A stretch of 44,947 nt of DNA, taken from Octopus bimaculoides (taxonomy: Eukaryota). A program made the position numbers and the translations under genes. Position 1 is the stretch's first letter. Every line of letters starts with the position of its first letter. The DNA is taken from the NCBI RefSeq assembly GCF_001194135.2, contig NC_068981.1, positions 135,981,064-136,026,010 of the forward strand. The letters run 5' to 3'. This document shows, in pieces, positions 21,674 to 34,560 of the stretch. The notes beneath the pieces are model-generated. The model was not told where the DNA came from. It worked only from the letters and a program-made list of their open reading frames with translations, and searched no databases.

Positions 21674-24490
21674 ACTTGGGGATGGTCATATTGCCAGTTT
21701 AGCCAATATATATTATATATATTATATTATTTTTTTTGCTGTAGTTTCAGCTCAGAGCTGCGGCCATGCTGATGCACCGCCGTTTTGCTACACTGTTATT
21801 ACTGAGATCCTCCTCCAATATGTGGTACTTGGTGAAAAATAGAGTTTGATGTAGCTACCCTCATTTATACCTCTTGCCGTGAGGTAGGTTCATCTGGGAC
21901 TCTCGATAGGAAGAGGTCCAGCTTTGATCTAAAAACGCCTACATCTACTTTGTGCAGGTTCTTCAGGCTCTTTGCGAGAATATTAAAAAGCTGTGGGCCC
22001 CTGAAACCCAGGCTGTTGCAGTAACTAGTCATGAAGCGTGACAGCGTTGCTGGAGTCTTTGGCACTATGCAGTGTCGTCCCGTACTGGCATTGGTGTAGC
22101 TCTCAATGCCATAATTTGGTACAATTCCTTCTAGGATCTTCCAGATGTATATTACTGCATACCTCTCCCGCCTTCTCTCCAGGTAGTAGAGTCTTAGCTG
22201 TTTCAGCCTTTCCCAGTAGCTGAGCAAAGAGACGATCTTCTTTGTGAATCTTCTTTGGATTGCTTCAAGGTCCGCTGTTAATTTCACACTGGTGGGTGAC
22301 CATAGCTGTGAGCAGTAATCCAGGCGGCTGAGGACAAATGTTCTCCAGAGGACCATCATGGTTTCCTTATCTCTGGTTCTGAATGTTGTAAGGATCCATC
22401 CAGCCAGTCGTCTGCACTTTGTCGCCATCCTGGTAATGTGCACTTGTCAATAACCAGGTCGCTCACTGATTTAGGCTCTGGGATTGTAATCCCATGTGGA
22501 CCAGTGTACCCTGTAAGTTTCATATTCAGTTTTAGACACTGGTAGCGTTGGGCTTGGAATTTTTCAGCATTAAACTGCATATTATTATCCTCAGCCAATC
22601 TGTAAATTGAGTCCAACTCCTGCTGCAGATGTGCAACATCGCTGGGGTTCTGTATTTTCTGCGAGACTTTCGTATCGTCTGCGTAGCTTGCAAGGGTGCA
22701 TATCCGGGCACTTGAGGGCATATCTGAGAGGGCCACTATAAAAAGCAGTGGTCCCAGGACAGTGCCCTGTGGAACACCACTCACTATTTGTGTTTTCATA
22801 GAGGTGGCTCCATTAGCTATTACTGCCCGACTTCTATCTTTCAGAAAGTCATGTAACCACTCTCCAAGTTTTCCAGCTATGTCAAGATCACGCAGTTTGT
22901 GGCATATCATACCATGAACCACTTTGTCAAAATCTTTTGCAAAATCAAGGTATATTACGTCCATATTTGAGTTGTTGAATAACTGCCTCAGCACCCAGTC
23001 ATAATGTTGTAAGAGCTGGGTCAGGCAGCTCCTACCTAGTCGAAAGCCATGCTGGGTATCACTCAGCAAGTTATTTTCTTCAGTCAGAGAGATAGGCCTA
23101 TAGTTTTTGGCATCTGCTCTGATTCCCCCTTTATGGATTGGACATATTATTCCCTCCTTCAGCTTGCTTGGCAGTCTGCTATTTGCAAGAAAGCTCTGGA
23201 AGAGAATCTGGAGGAGTTTTTCCAGGGCATTCTTACACGATTTGAGGAGGATTGCTGGGAAACCATCAGGACCAGTAGTTGAGTTTGTGTCCAGTTCATC
23301 TATAGCTAGTAGTACATCTTCTTCGCTAATGTCGATGTATTCCATTGTAACTGCCTCGCTGGTTATAGGGGAGGTGGCAAAGAAGTCCACTGGTTCGTTC
23401 ACTTTTCTGTGTTCCAACGGGGTGGTGAAAACACTTTTGAACTGGTCATTCATTACCGCACTGATCCTAGTTGGACTGTCTGTGAGAGAGCCATCCTTTT
23501 CGAAGAGGGGTCCTATCTTGCAGCGTACTGAGGTTGTTTCTTTCGCGTAATGAAAGAAGGCTTTTGGGTTTCACTTAATGTTTTTTATAACCCAGGCTTC
23601 TTTGTCTGCTCTCTCCCTCACATAGGCTTGTTTCAGCTTTTTTTCAATCTCCATCAGTTTTGTTTTTAGGCGGGACCTTTCGCTACTTTTGGGATGCTGG
23701 TTGAGTCCATTTGCAACGTTTGTCCGTCGTCTCATGAGGATCTTCCTCTCCTTTGGAATCTTGTTCCTATTTGTTTTGGCCTTGTGCTCTGGGACATATC
23801 TCTGGCATATGGCTTGCACAATAGACATGAAACATTCCAGTTTCAGGTCAATGTCTGGTGTGGAGAGATATGTTGGCCAGTCCTCTCTGAGAATCTCTTT
23901 CTGGATCGATTTCCAGTCTGCTTTGTGGAAGTTCAGATTGGAGAGATTTCGGGTGCTTCCTTTAGGCTGTATGTCTCTGGTTACTTTCGGACCAAACATA
24001 GACAGCTCTATTATGTTGTGATCCGAGACTAATATCGGCGTCACTTTCACATCATGAATGATGTCCATATTGTTCGTGAAACAGAGATCCAGAATGTTAT
24101 TCGCTCTAGTTGATCTGAGAACTGCTTGCGCCATGAATAGGGCATTGTGAGGTTGAGAAGGGACTCCACCTGTGCTTTCTGGCGATGATTCATTCCTGAG
24201 AGTATGAGACCTTCGGGCCATTTGACATTGGGGAAGTTGAAATCACCCATAAGAAATATGGTCACGTGGTGTTCCAGTTTTAATGAGGATTTCTTTAATT
24301 CTTGTGAGGCAATCTTCAAACTTGCCTATGTGGTTTGGAGCATCCGGTGGGTAATATGCATTGCATATGACTATATTATGTTGTCTTATGTATACAATTA
24401 GAGTGTCACATACCGAATTTGAGTATTCTACAATCTTCTTGTCAATTTCGTCCATTATCTCCTGGGTATTTCTTTATAAATTTCCGTTAT
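21664..24490 (-). mobile_element. CR1-like LINE, 5'-truncated and frameshifted (AP endonuclease plus reverse transcriptase)
   Basis: APE motifs CNAYYPP, GDFNFP, NNILDLCFTN, SDHN. RT motifs NYRPISL, QHGFR, YLDFAK.FDKV, SGVPQGTVLGPLLF, YADDTK. C-terminal SRLDYCSQLWSP, LEAIQRRFTK, LERRRER. Ends in an (AAC)n tail at ~21664. A SINE tail fragment is inserted at ~21720-21790. Confidence 0.9.
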
Positions 24491-26186
24491 ATATATATTG
24501 AAACGATACATTACATATTACTTAATAACCTTTCTTGAAAATATTCAAGATTACTTTTAATTCTCTCAATTCTTTTTCTGCATGCGTCAACTGGTTTAGA
24601 CACAAATTAGGTTTCATTTCCTATTTATATTTTCTTTATTCTTTGCGCTCACCATTTCTCGCGGTTTATCACAAGTATCTATTATCGTGTTGCCTTTTTA
24701 TGTGTAGCCATATTTGTCGTACTTAATAAAATGGGAAGAGACAAATCTGCACTCCAGATAAGGTAGTGCATTCTTATCCATGAAACTTAAGTAGCAAGTT
24801 TGAATGTATTAAAATACCGTATTAGAACCATACGTACACATAAACATACATACAAAGAAACACACACATATATGGTGAAGAGAGTGGGAATTGAGTTGAA
24901 AGAAGAGAGGAGACATGTGGGAGAAGAGAGATGGGAGAAGTTATATATGAGAACAGAAAGGAAAAGAATAAAAAGCAATTACGAGCTTTAACATAAGGAA
25001 CTTTAAAATATTCAATAATCATTTGCTCGGAGTTCGAATACTACCAGGACTGAATCTGANNNNNNNNNNCCTTTAAGTTCGGTGAAATAATTACTTAAAA
25101 TTTTTTTTTTTTTTTTGGCATGAGTCCATACATAATTGCACGAAGGTAGGAAATGAAATTGACGTTCAAGCCTTTTCCCAGTATATAGCAACGTTAGTAG
25201 TTGTGTGACATTCATGCTTTTATGCACGTATGTATTGATCTGTGTATATGTGTAGGTGTGTGTATGTGCATATGTGTGTATGTGAGGAAAGAGGCGAGAG
25301 AGGGGGAATCATAGAATGGCCACCAAAGTAGTTGGTCCTTGAAAAGGATAAAAGCATGCTTTAATTGAAAAATATATATATATACATAAGCGGTGAGCCA
25401 ATGACTGAACGCCTATGAAGACGCTCTACCGTCTGAGATTAACTGACGAATCGCCCTCAAAGACACTCTGTTTCTTTTCTCCAGAGAGGACAGTTACAAA
25501 GGATAATGTAATCCTAAATTCACGGTGTCTGAGCGGAATACACAATGTCCACAAGTGCAACGCGTCTCAAACCGTGTCTCAGTTTGTTAATTATCACCTT
25601 CTTATTCTAAGTCAGCTGTTCTAAATCTATAGGTCGTTGTATATAATTCCGAAAAGATCTCGAACACAAACCTTTAACGCTTGAAATATTTAGTACAATG
25701 TAAAACGCTCACCAATATATTTATACAATAAGCCATATACTGTATGAAAATTACAACACAACATCTTTAAATGAAAAACCGAGGAATATTTCCCCATGAA
25801 AAGGATAAAATGCCGTGTCGGCAATCGGTCTTCCGATTAAACCAAGAATATGATGTTTCCGTTGTTATTTTTTAAATTTTATTTGTTGGTACTCTCTGAT
25901 CATCGTAAATACTGATAGAAGTATCATCGATCCTTTTTCGGTGGCACGAAGTCTGTTTTGAACTCAGAACGGATAGATTCACATAGTACCCCGTACGACA
26001 CTCTAACAATCTCACCAATCCACATCCTGGGAATGATATATTATTTGCCGTCCTCGAAATAATGCCCGACAAAGTTGTCATTGGAAAAATCTGAACTCAG
26101 GGGACACAAAATAAGAACACATACCACAAAGCATTCTATCGACTTTCTTACATCTTCACCGACTCACGTATATCTTATTTATTTAT

Positions 26187-26237
<51 letters not shown>

Positions 26238-26556
26238 TTATGTATGTATGAATGCTTGTATGTATATTTCCTTATTAAAAGGGATTGCAGATGATTATGG
26301 GTCTGTCAAAAAAGGCCGTCGCCATAGTAAAAGCTTTGGAATCGCTGCTTTACAACGTACATCATCAATATATTGCTATCGATTCAATCGATTCTATTGT
26401 TGAAATCTCGCTGCTGATAGAAAATTTTTCACTTGGAGTTTAGCAAGAAAATACGATCAACGTAGTTTTGTCACGGAATTTACCCACTAAATTTGTTATT
26501 CTTACACACAAATATGTTTTATGATGCAAAGTAAATTTCTCCTCTACACCAATCAG

Positions 26557-26729
26557 AAATCTTCAGTTCAATTGTGATAACATACTTCAAAGAAACTGGG
26601 AAAAAAATTGCTGCGAAGAACATTATCAAAGTATCACCCAGAGGACTTTCAGAATCAGCAGCTATTGGTTTTGGAATAGTAAATGATTTGACAGTCTGTG
26701 TTATATTTCGGAATTCAAATCCCAATAAG
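26557..26729 (+). CDS. Candidate internal coding exon of an unidentified gene
   Basis: Pyrimidine-rich acceptor tttctcctctacaccaatcag| and strong donor AAG|gttagt. The phase 1->0 frame is open for 57 codons: (E)IFSSIVITYFKETGKKIAAKNIIKVSPRGLSESAAIGFGIVNDLTVCVIFRNSNPNK. Confidence 0.3.
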
Positions 26730-26887
26730 GTTAGTTATCTATCATGAAGTGTTGAACACCAACTATTCGTTCGATAAAATACGCCCCAGCAGCATTATAC
26801 TATGATACAACAGTATAATAACTTCTGTGATGACCACAGCGAGATGCTGGAATCGCCATATCGCTGAAAATAAAATAAAATAGAATA

Positions 26888-27210
26888 CTTTGCGGTAACA
26901 GTTCCAGCTCTTTACATTCTAAGTTCAAATCCCGCCCATGTCAACATTGCTTTTCATCCTTTTGGGGTTAATAAAATAACTACCCCAAAAATTGGGGTCG
27001 ATGGTATCTCGGCATATAGAACACTGGGGTCCAGCTGCAAGGTCATGCGTTTTTTTTTCTTCGTATGATATTACCAAGTCGCGCACATATGGTTGTGATG
27101 CATGTGCCTTGTGTAGCCAGATCAAACGTGTAGTCAGGATGAGTATACTGGGTTTCGTATATGTGTACCCCAGTGTCACTTTGATAATATGCGCTACACT
27201 ATGACAATAA
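26888..27210 (+). mobile_element. Chimeric SINE: family A body joined to the family E 3' half
   Basis: Family A motifs run to ~27030 (aacactggggtc). Then ctgcaaggtcatgcg...gtcactttgat matches the reverse complement of 27514-27690. Confidence 0.7.
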
Positions 27211-27513
27211 TATTATTAATATATCTAACACCCAGCTTGCTGCTGGGGGTTTCATTAATGTACAAGCTGATTACTTCCCATGAACTAAGGTGGCACTGTC
27301 TTTTCAAGTTTTAAGAACTTTACAGTCTCCGTGCTTTGCTAATTAATGCTGTTCGCTGGATGTACTCTATTTTCATTTTCATGTCTGTCTTTTACCAACC
27401 ATTTTTCAATTTTTTTGCTCACTGTATTACGAACATCAACGTTGACCCGAAATATTATTATCACTACCGTTCGGGTTGTTGTTGTTGCTGCTATCATTAT
27501 TATTATTATTATT

Positions 27514-28068
27514 GAGTGAGAGAGCAGTGCATGCCATCAAAGTGACAATGGAGTAAAATATACAAAGCCCAATATACCCATCATGACTACCCATCTGATA
27601 AGGGTACACCAGGCACATGCATCACAACCATATGTGCGCGACATGATGATCTCATATCAAGATAAACAGCGCATGACCTTGCAGGTGGGGCCCAGTTAGA
27701 ATTGTCTTCAGGTCAAGTCACCCATCCCGCTCAAAAAGTCCCTGAATAAGGGTTGTTTAAGGGTGTTGAGCAAAACACCCATGTTTCCAAAGGTGAATTA
27801 TTCAAACCCCAATGAACTCCTCTCAACACATGGCTATGATGCTCCCCCACTACTTCTGCTCATGATCAGAGATGCACATATCGTCAGCCACCAAGGGACA
27901 TGCTCAACTGGTTAAGGTCAAACAACTGACAAGCAAATCTGTGGTATTGAGCAGAATATTTGTTGTAGCCCATCTTTTTATACCAAGACAAAACAATGTA
28001 CATGATAACACTTCCAATCAGTTAAGATCAGAAGCCATGAAAGCCAATGCCTGGTACTGCATCAGGGC
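27514..28068 (-). mobile_element. Non-autonomous ~555-bp retroposon (family E) inside an (ATT)n array
   Basis: Highly similar to 44405-44865. No coding capacity recognised. (ATT)n on both flanks. Confidence 0.75.
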
Positions 28069-28115
<47 letters not shown>

Positions 28116-28161
28116 CATTATTATTATTGTTGTTGTTTTTGTTGTTGTTGTTGTTGTTGTA

Positions 28162-28376
28162 AGGTGTCTAGCTGGCAGAATCGTTAGCGCGCCGGACGAA
28201 ATACTTAGCGGTATTTCGCTCGTCGCTACGTTCTGAATTCAAATTCCGCTCAGGTCAACTTTACTTTTCATCCTTTTGGGGTCGATAAAATAAGTACCAG
28301 TTGAACACTGGGGGCGATGTAATCGACTCATCCCCTCCCCCAAACTTGCTGCCCTTGTGGCAAAATTTGAAACCGT
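28162..28376 (+). mobile_element. SINE family A variant
   Basis: gctggcagaatcgttagc...gaattcaaattccgc...ccttgtggcaaaatttgaaacc. Confidence 0.85.
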
Positions 28377-28401
28377 TATGATTATGATTATTATTATTGT
28401 T

Positions 28402-28557
28402 AGGCGGCGAGCTGGTAGAATAGTTAGCACGTGTGGACGAAATGCTTAGTGATATTTCGCTCCTCGCTACGTCCTGAGTTCAAATTCCGCCAAGGTCGAC
28501 ATTGCCTTTCATCCTTACAGGGTCGATAAATTAAGTAGCAGTGAAACACTGGGGTCT
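28402..28557 (+). mobile_element. SINE family A, 3'-truncated at aacactggggtc
   Basis: Head and body present. It abuts the R4/Dong N-terminal fragment. Confidence 0.85.
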
Positions 28558-29068
28558 GCACAGAATCCTCACTTTGTCTTGTTGGTCATCATCGTATTTT
28601 TGTGATATAGCTCTTCCTATTACTTCTGCTTCCTTTACTGAGAATGCAGCTAGATTTACACTTTGCTCTGCGTCTTCACTGCTGCCATTCATTTCTCTGT
28701 CCTCGTTGGATACGTTATCTGCTGGTGAAGTATTATTTCTAGTTTTAATTTCCTTTTTATCTCTTCAATTTCCATATCTGTTAACCACCCTTTGCTCTTA
28801 CTGCTCTTGTCTGGTCGGCTAACCGTTGGTCACTTATTTCAAAGAGTCCTATTTCATTCCATTTTTGCTTTCATGCGTTGTCGGAATCCTCTTCTACTGG
28901 GTTCACTTGTGATCCAGCATTCAATTACCGTTCGGATTGCTTCCTGTTCCCACCTTCTTCTCTGCCTCTGGCTTTGTGTATAAGCAGTTTCTGGATGACG
29001 ACCCGGCTTTTCGCTCACAGGCAAAAGGCTGTGTCAGGCGAAAAGCTTTCCAGCTTTAGTTCCAGCCT
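28558..29068 (-). mobile_element. R4/Dong-like REL-LINE 5' end and N-terminal ORF fragment
   Basis: Reads [71 protein letters not shown] with frameshifts, like the N-terminal region of R4/Dong ORFs. Preceded by aataatagtgttaataa. Confidence 0.7.
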
Positions 29069-29191
29069 TATTAACACTATTATTTGATACATTTGTATTA
29101 GACATTTTCACTCAACATTGACGTTTGTGTTTTAAGGTTAGTCATCAACCGGTATTATTATCGAGACGCTATCTTTAATTATTATTATTAT

Positions 29192-29696
29192 TTGCCTGGT
29201 GGCTGTGACGAAAGAGGTTGTTTGGTGGACAAGACTGAAAAACATGAGAACAGATACATTCCTCTATGGTAGAGTTCTCATTGACTTCTTCACGTTTCAC
29301 TTGTAAAGGAAATTGAGAGTGAGGAGGGAAGTGCTGTCTTCGAGTGAGTTTATTGAAAGTTGGGCAAAAATAGCAAGAGTGGACGGTACCTCTCTAAGTG
29401 TAGACCTGAATTGGAGAGAAGGAATTGGAGAGGGTACTTGCTCTTGGGGCTTCAGAGAAATCTCGGACAGTGGGGTTCCTCGATTATCCCTAGAGACCTT
29501 CCTGTATCAGGAAGGCCATATCTCTATAATCTTCTTTTTTTTGTAACCTTTGTATGTTATGCATATGTCCCTTCTTTTTCAATGTATACCCTGTGTACTT
29601 ACCCTTCTTTTTATCCTTTCATTATATGCAAACCCACACACTTTATGTCTGTCTTTGTATTGTCCCCCTCACCTTCACCCTTGTGGCAAATAAATG
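29192..29696 (+). mobile_element. Tx1/L1-like LINE 3' end with (AAT)n tail
   Basis: CLVAVTKEVVWWTRLKNMRTDTFLYGRVLIDFFTFHL*RKLRVRREVLSSSEFIESW, then a pyrimidine-rich 3' UTR and AAATAAA-(AAT)n. Confidence 0.6.
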
Positions 29697-29804
<108 letters not shown>

Positions 29805-30384
29805 GCTGATGTTGCTGTTACTCTGAAAAATAATTGCATATGTTGCATTGTGGTACAGTGAAATATCTTCCTAAACAAATAGAACTTCGAAAAATAATTG
29901 CACTTCAAAATCAACGAAACCGAAATCAACCAGACTCAGTGATTATTTCTCACAACCTAATGGTTTCCTATCGTACTACACCTCCTCTTAGCATTTATCA
30001 AGCATTTCCTCCCCTATTCACTCGTTATTCTTTCCATCGTATTTCACATTATTTCTTCTTTCTCTTCATTTTTGTCTTCTACTTCATCTTCTCGTCACCG
30101 TCATCGTCTCTTCCTCCTCCCCCTTTCTCCCCTCCTCCTTATCTCCCCTCCTCATGTGGTCGGCGCAGTAGGCCTGAAATAACGTGTCATCGAGTGGAGT
30201 CTGGAATGTATCCAGTTTCTGTTAAACCTAGAAGACCATAAAGGTCCCCTTGAACTGTAACCTACTGAGGGAGCAAAGAGAAGGTCAATCAAATTGGTGA
30301 TGCGTGGTAGAAGGTCCAGTTACTACACATGTGGTAGTAAAAGTCATTCGAGAGCCTCTTGTCCAAAACAAACAATGAGCTGAG

Positions 30385-30560
30385 CCGCTGGAGTGTTAAA
30401 CAAAATACTTCGTGGAATTTCTTCCGATTTACCTTTTGAGTTTAAATACTACAGAGGTCAACTTTACTTTTCGTCCTTTTGCGTTCGATGAAATAAAGTA
30501 CAAATCAAGAAGTGGGATCGATATAATCGATTAACCTCTCGCTTCAAAACTTCTTGCGGT
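30385..30560 (+). mobile_element. SINE family A, old diverged copy
   Basis: gagtttaaatactacagaggtcaactttacttttcgtcctttt...gatcgatataatcgat. Confidence 0.6.
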
Positions 30561-30629
30561 GGGCTCGCAGAATCAATAGTGCAGAATCAATAGTCGATGT
30601 AAGCAACTTCCATCCCAGAAAATTATTAG

Positions 30630-30858
30630 CCATGGCCTATATTCTTTTCTACTCTAGGTACAAGGCCCGAAATTTTGGGGGAGGGAGACCAGTCGATTAG
30701 TTCGACCCCGGTACGCAACTGGTACTTAATTTATCGACCCCGAAAGGATGAAAGGCAAAGTCGACCTCGGTGGAATTTGAACTCAGGACATAAAGACAGA
30801 CGAAATGCCGCTAAGCATTTTGCCCGGCGTGCTAACATTTCCGCCATCTCACCGCCTT
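30630..30858 (-). mobile_element. SINE family A, near full length
   Basis: ccccgaaaggatgaaaggcaaagtcgacctcggtggaatttgaactcag...cccggcgtgctaac. Confidence 0.9.
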
Positions 30859-31019
30859 GCCTTGGCCTTTATTAGAAACATTGATTGCGTTACACAGTGT
30901 TAAGAGTTGTTCCACTTAGGGTTATTTAGAGTAACAGCGATAATAAAGAGAAAGAAAATGATGTTCTAATGGAATTGGAAGGAAATATATTTACACTAAA
31001 TCATTTCTTTTATCTTTGT

Positions 31020-31386
31020 GGGAATCATTGGACTGCGGCCACACTAGGACATCGTTACGAAGGATTTAGTCGAACAAATCTACCACAGGTACTTATTATA
31101 ATGTATTTATTTATTTATTTTGTAAAGCAGGGTACTTACTCTACCGGATCTATTTTGCCGAACCGATAAGTTACGAGGACGTAAACAAACCAGCACCGGT
31201 TGTTAAGCGGCGGTGATGGGAAACAAACAACACACACACACGCACACACACACGCACACACACAAATATGTACATGCATTGGCCAGCCCGGGACTATAGA
31301 AGACACTTGCCCATAGTATCGCGCCGCGTGGTTGGCCCTGAAATCACATGGCTGTAAAGCAGACTTCTTAATCACACAGCTGCACC
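31020..31386 (-). mobile_element. SINE family B, diverged
   Basis: gactatagaagacacttgccca, gccgaaccgataagttacgaggacgtaaac and an internal (CA)n. Confidence 0.75.
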
Positions 31387-32287
31387 TACAAGTAGTTTCC
31401 TATTGTACATTTTGACGCCATGTTTATCAGTTTTGTAATGCCACTGGTCAAGTAGGGTCAATGTTTTAGCATATTTTTTATTACATTTTCAGTTTAGGTT
31501 TTATTTTTAAATGAATCCACGATAATTTGTAAGCTATGACAGAGTTTGCTTGTATTTTTATTAGGCATTCTTCAATTTAAATGTTTTATTTTTATATTTG
31601 CTATCTTTGGTTACTAACAACTAAGAACGTATCCTCTTAAAGTAGCTAATCTGCAAGGATAAACAGTTATTTTAGATCAAGATTAATTCCTCTCTAGATT
31701 TTATGCATTTATATTGTGGTTGTCTTGGTTTTGGAGGGTAGAATATAACTGTAAAATATACATATAGTATGGAAACTTATTCCTCTTCTGTCCATTTAGG
31801 TTCTGTGTTTTATTTGTGTACGTAGGAGTAAAATCCTCTCCATTATTTTTATTGGGTACTGGTTTAGTTGCTTTCAGTGATGCGGAATGTTTCACTTGCC
31901 ACTTTACGTATTTTTATGCATCAAATTCAATATGCATTCTCCTTATTTCTCTTTTATATCTGGATACTATTTTTTTTTGTTTTTGTTTAAATTTCTCTTT
32001 GATTTGACATGTTCCCTGCTAGTGTATTTACACGTGTTTACATATGGTTGCCTTATTGTGGTTGCTTTTTAGTGATTCGCGTGAACATTACAATACAGTG
32101 CTTATATAAGGCAAAAAGCAGTATCATTTTACTAACTAAATGGTATTACTTACACAAAGATTATAAAATATTTACACCATTTGTTTTCATTCTTCGTTAT
32201 TATTTCATCCGTGTTAATGGATATTTTCGATACAGTGAAGTAGTAATATCAGTTGCATTCGTCCGAACTTTCTTCTTTATTATTATT

Positions 32288-32558
32288 TCTTCTGTTTATC
32301 ACATGTTTTGTTGGAGCTCCTGGAGTCTTACATGCGTAGCGGACTTGCTACCTGCAGCCTACGGTACCGTGCTATCCATTCTTATCAGCTCTCTAATACT
32401 TTCCTGATTATTCTGGCCGTGCCAACGAAGCTTACCTTTTGTAACAGTTTTACTGGGCACTCTATTCCAATTTCCTTTATATTCCCCTTGATACCTTCTG
32501 ATACTATTCCCAAGGGCCCAACAATAACTGGCACTATCTTCACCTTCTTCAGTTTCCA
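32288..32558 (-). mobile_element. R4/Dong-like LINE 3' end flanked by (TAA)n
   Basis: WKLKKVKIVPVIVGPLGIVSEGIKGNIKEIGIECPVKLLQKVSFVGTARIIRKVLES*, then a 3' UTR and aaataataataa. (ATT)n lies at the 5' junction. Confidence 0.8.
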
Positions 32559-32570
32559 TTTATTATTATT

Positions 32571-32750
32571 ATTATTACCTCCGCCTTAGCGGAGGTATTG
32601 TTTTCAGTCGCGTTTGTTTGTTTGTCCGTGGACAAGATATCTGAAGAACCGCTGAATGGATTCGGATGAAACTTTTAGGGATGTTTGGCCTCGTGACTTG
32701 CACGAACTGCTTAGATTTTGGGATCGATCCGGTCCCGGACAAGGATTCTG

Positions 32751-32752
<2 letters not shown>
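32571..32752 (+). mobile_element. Helentron/DINE-like non-autonomous element 5' part
   Basis: ttattACCTCCGC-ctta-GCGGAGGT hairpin (32577-32596), then attgttttcagtcgcgtttgtttgtttgtc...ggattcggatgaaactttt, the typical HINE layout. Confidence 0.6.
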
Positions 32753-32810
<58 letters not shown>

Positions 32811-33224
32811 CTGCGGTTGATGCGCTTTACTTCTGTTAGTAAAAGGATAATTGTTTTTGTTGGAAATATTTTATTTTGTTTCATGTTTTTTTTTTAAATT
32901 TCGTCAAATAAGAAACCCTACCTCCCTATGTGGAAGAGCAGGACGGCTAAATAGGGCCATAAGGAGCACCTTTCTTACAACAAAAATTTCACCACCTCAT
33001 ACATTTTAACATTTAAAATGATAGTGACACCAAAACACGTCCAAAGTTTATGAAGTGATAGACAGCAGACCGATTTCCCCAAAACAATGCGTAACGCCGA
33101 TTCCTCTTACCTCAACTTAAACACAGCTTGTCTACCAACGATAGCAGTCACGAAAAAGTTGACGAATACGAAAACAGTAGTGGCAACAACAATGCGTTAC
33201 AGAAGATGGTGGAAGATTTCGAGT

Positions 33225-33860
33225 GTCTGAAAGTGCATGCAAAATAGGTATCACTGCAATTGGTACCTGATTTGAAGCAGAGAAAGGTGTAAGTCTCTTC
33301 TGTCCTGCTGAGAGAGTTTAAATCCAACGAAAACATATTTTTTTTAATGATCTGGCAACAGAGAAAGAAACGTAGCCGTATATTTATGATTCTGAAACGA
33401 AGACTCACACCTTTTCTCCGATGCCTAAAATGTTTAAGAGCTCGCAGTCGGCACTGAAAGTCAAGATGACCGTCTTTTGAGATGACAAGGACTTTATTCT
33501 CCTTTATTGTTTAGAAAACATCTGTACCATGAACAACGAGTGGTACATTGAGAAACTCAAAAATCTTAGGATTTGGCGGAAGAGACCGAACAAGAATCTA
33601 AAAACGATACACCATCACCATCACAATGCACAACCACAGATATCCTTGGTAACAAATCAAGTAATTAGCAACATGGGCTGGTTAGTGTTCACCCTCTATC
33701 GTAAACCCTAGGTCAGACAATATGTTGTCACATACGAGGAGAAAGTAGCTGTAAAGAAGTGGCTATAATAACGCACGCCTAAAGTTTTTCGAATAGGATT
33801 CGGCAGTTAGATTCAACGATGACGCAAACGCATCGCTTGTAATGCAGATCTATTGACTGG
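33225..33860 (+). mobile_element. Decayed mariner (DD34D-type) transposase
   Basis: KVHAK*VSLQL (cf. KVCARWVPRQL), YDSETK, KMFKSSQSALKVKMTVF*DDK, TMNNEWY...RKRP, HHHHHNAQPQ (cf. HHDNARPH), MGWLVF. Several stops and frameshifts. Confidence 0.8.
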
Positions 33861-34229
33861 CACATTTGTAAAGAGGAAGGGTTAGTCTATCAACATATCA
33901 GTTTGAGCGACCTATGATAGTTAATAAAAAAAAATCTATATTATCCTCATTTGCATTATTTTCGGGACAAGCCTCGTAGTTCAGAAGTTGGGTCAATGTA
34001 ATTACTTAACTTTCAGCGAGCTTCTGCCCAACAGTGTGTTAGTATTGACATGTCGATTATTAATACTCCATTGTTATTTTTGCCATAGCGAATGATGTCA
34101 GGCTTTATTATAATGCTATCTGGTGACCGGTCTGTGTGCTAAAGTGCTATGGTATTGTTATATTATCGTTGTCAAAGAAGATTGAAGCTTTATATGAATA
34201 TCAGAAAGGCTTACTTTGAACAGTGAAAA

Positions 34230-34560
34230 TCTCAGGTTCATAAGGCTATGAATTCGAATTCTGTATTTGGTTGCGGGTTTATGTCCTTGAAAAAAGTACT
34301 TCATTCCACGTTATTTCAGTCTACTCTGCTGAGAAGAGTACCAGACGAGCGCTGGTGTAAGCCTCTCTCTTCCAGCTGTTATACCTTTGATGATCCACTG
34401 GGTGAAGCGCAAAAGGAGTGGAAAGATGCATATGCTTTCTTGCGACTCGATGGGTTCCTGTAACTTGGTAGGAAGACAACTTTGTTATTTCATTGCATTT
34501 CTGAGTTCTGAGTTCAACTGCGACCGTGATCTACTTTGCCGTTCATTCTTTTGATTGCAT
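34230..34560 (+). mobile_element. Old SINE fragments (CORE-like, then family A-like)
   Basis: gaattcgaattc...tgtccttgaaaaaagtacttcattccacgtt and gagttctgagttcaactgcgacc...tttgccgttcattctttt. Confidence 0.4.

Noticed and set aside
23107-24032. Plus-strand ORFs of 110-147 aa
   Set aside because: They are antisense shadows of the CR1-like ORF.
25415-25470. CUAUGAAGACG...CGUCUGAGA and CUGACGAAUCG hammerhead-like bits
   Set aside because: Both core halves are broken, so it cannot be distinguished from chance.
30567-30594. 14-bp tandem duplication gcagaatcaatagt (also a 17-bp one at ~21218-21250)
   Set aside because: Two-copy slippage or TSD-like duplications with no array structure; not CRISPR-like.
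33170-33295. Exon-like segment with donors ATAG|GTATCA and GT|GTAAGT
   Set aside because: It overlaps the decayed mariner transposase (KVHAK*VSLQL).
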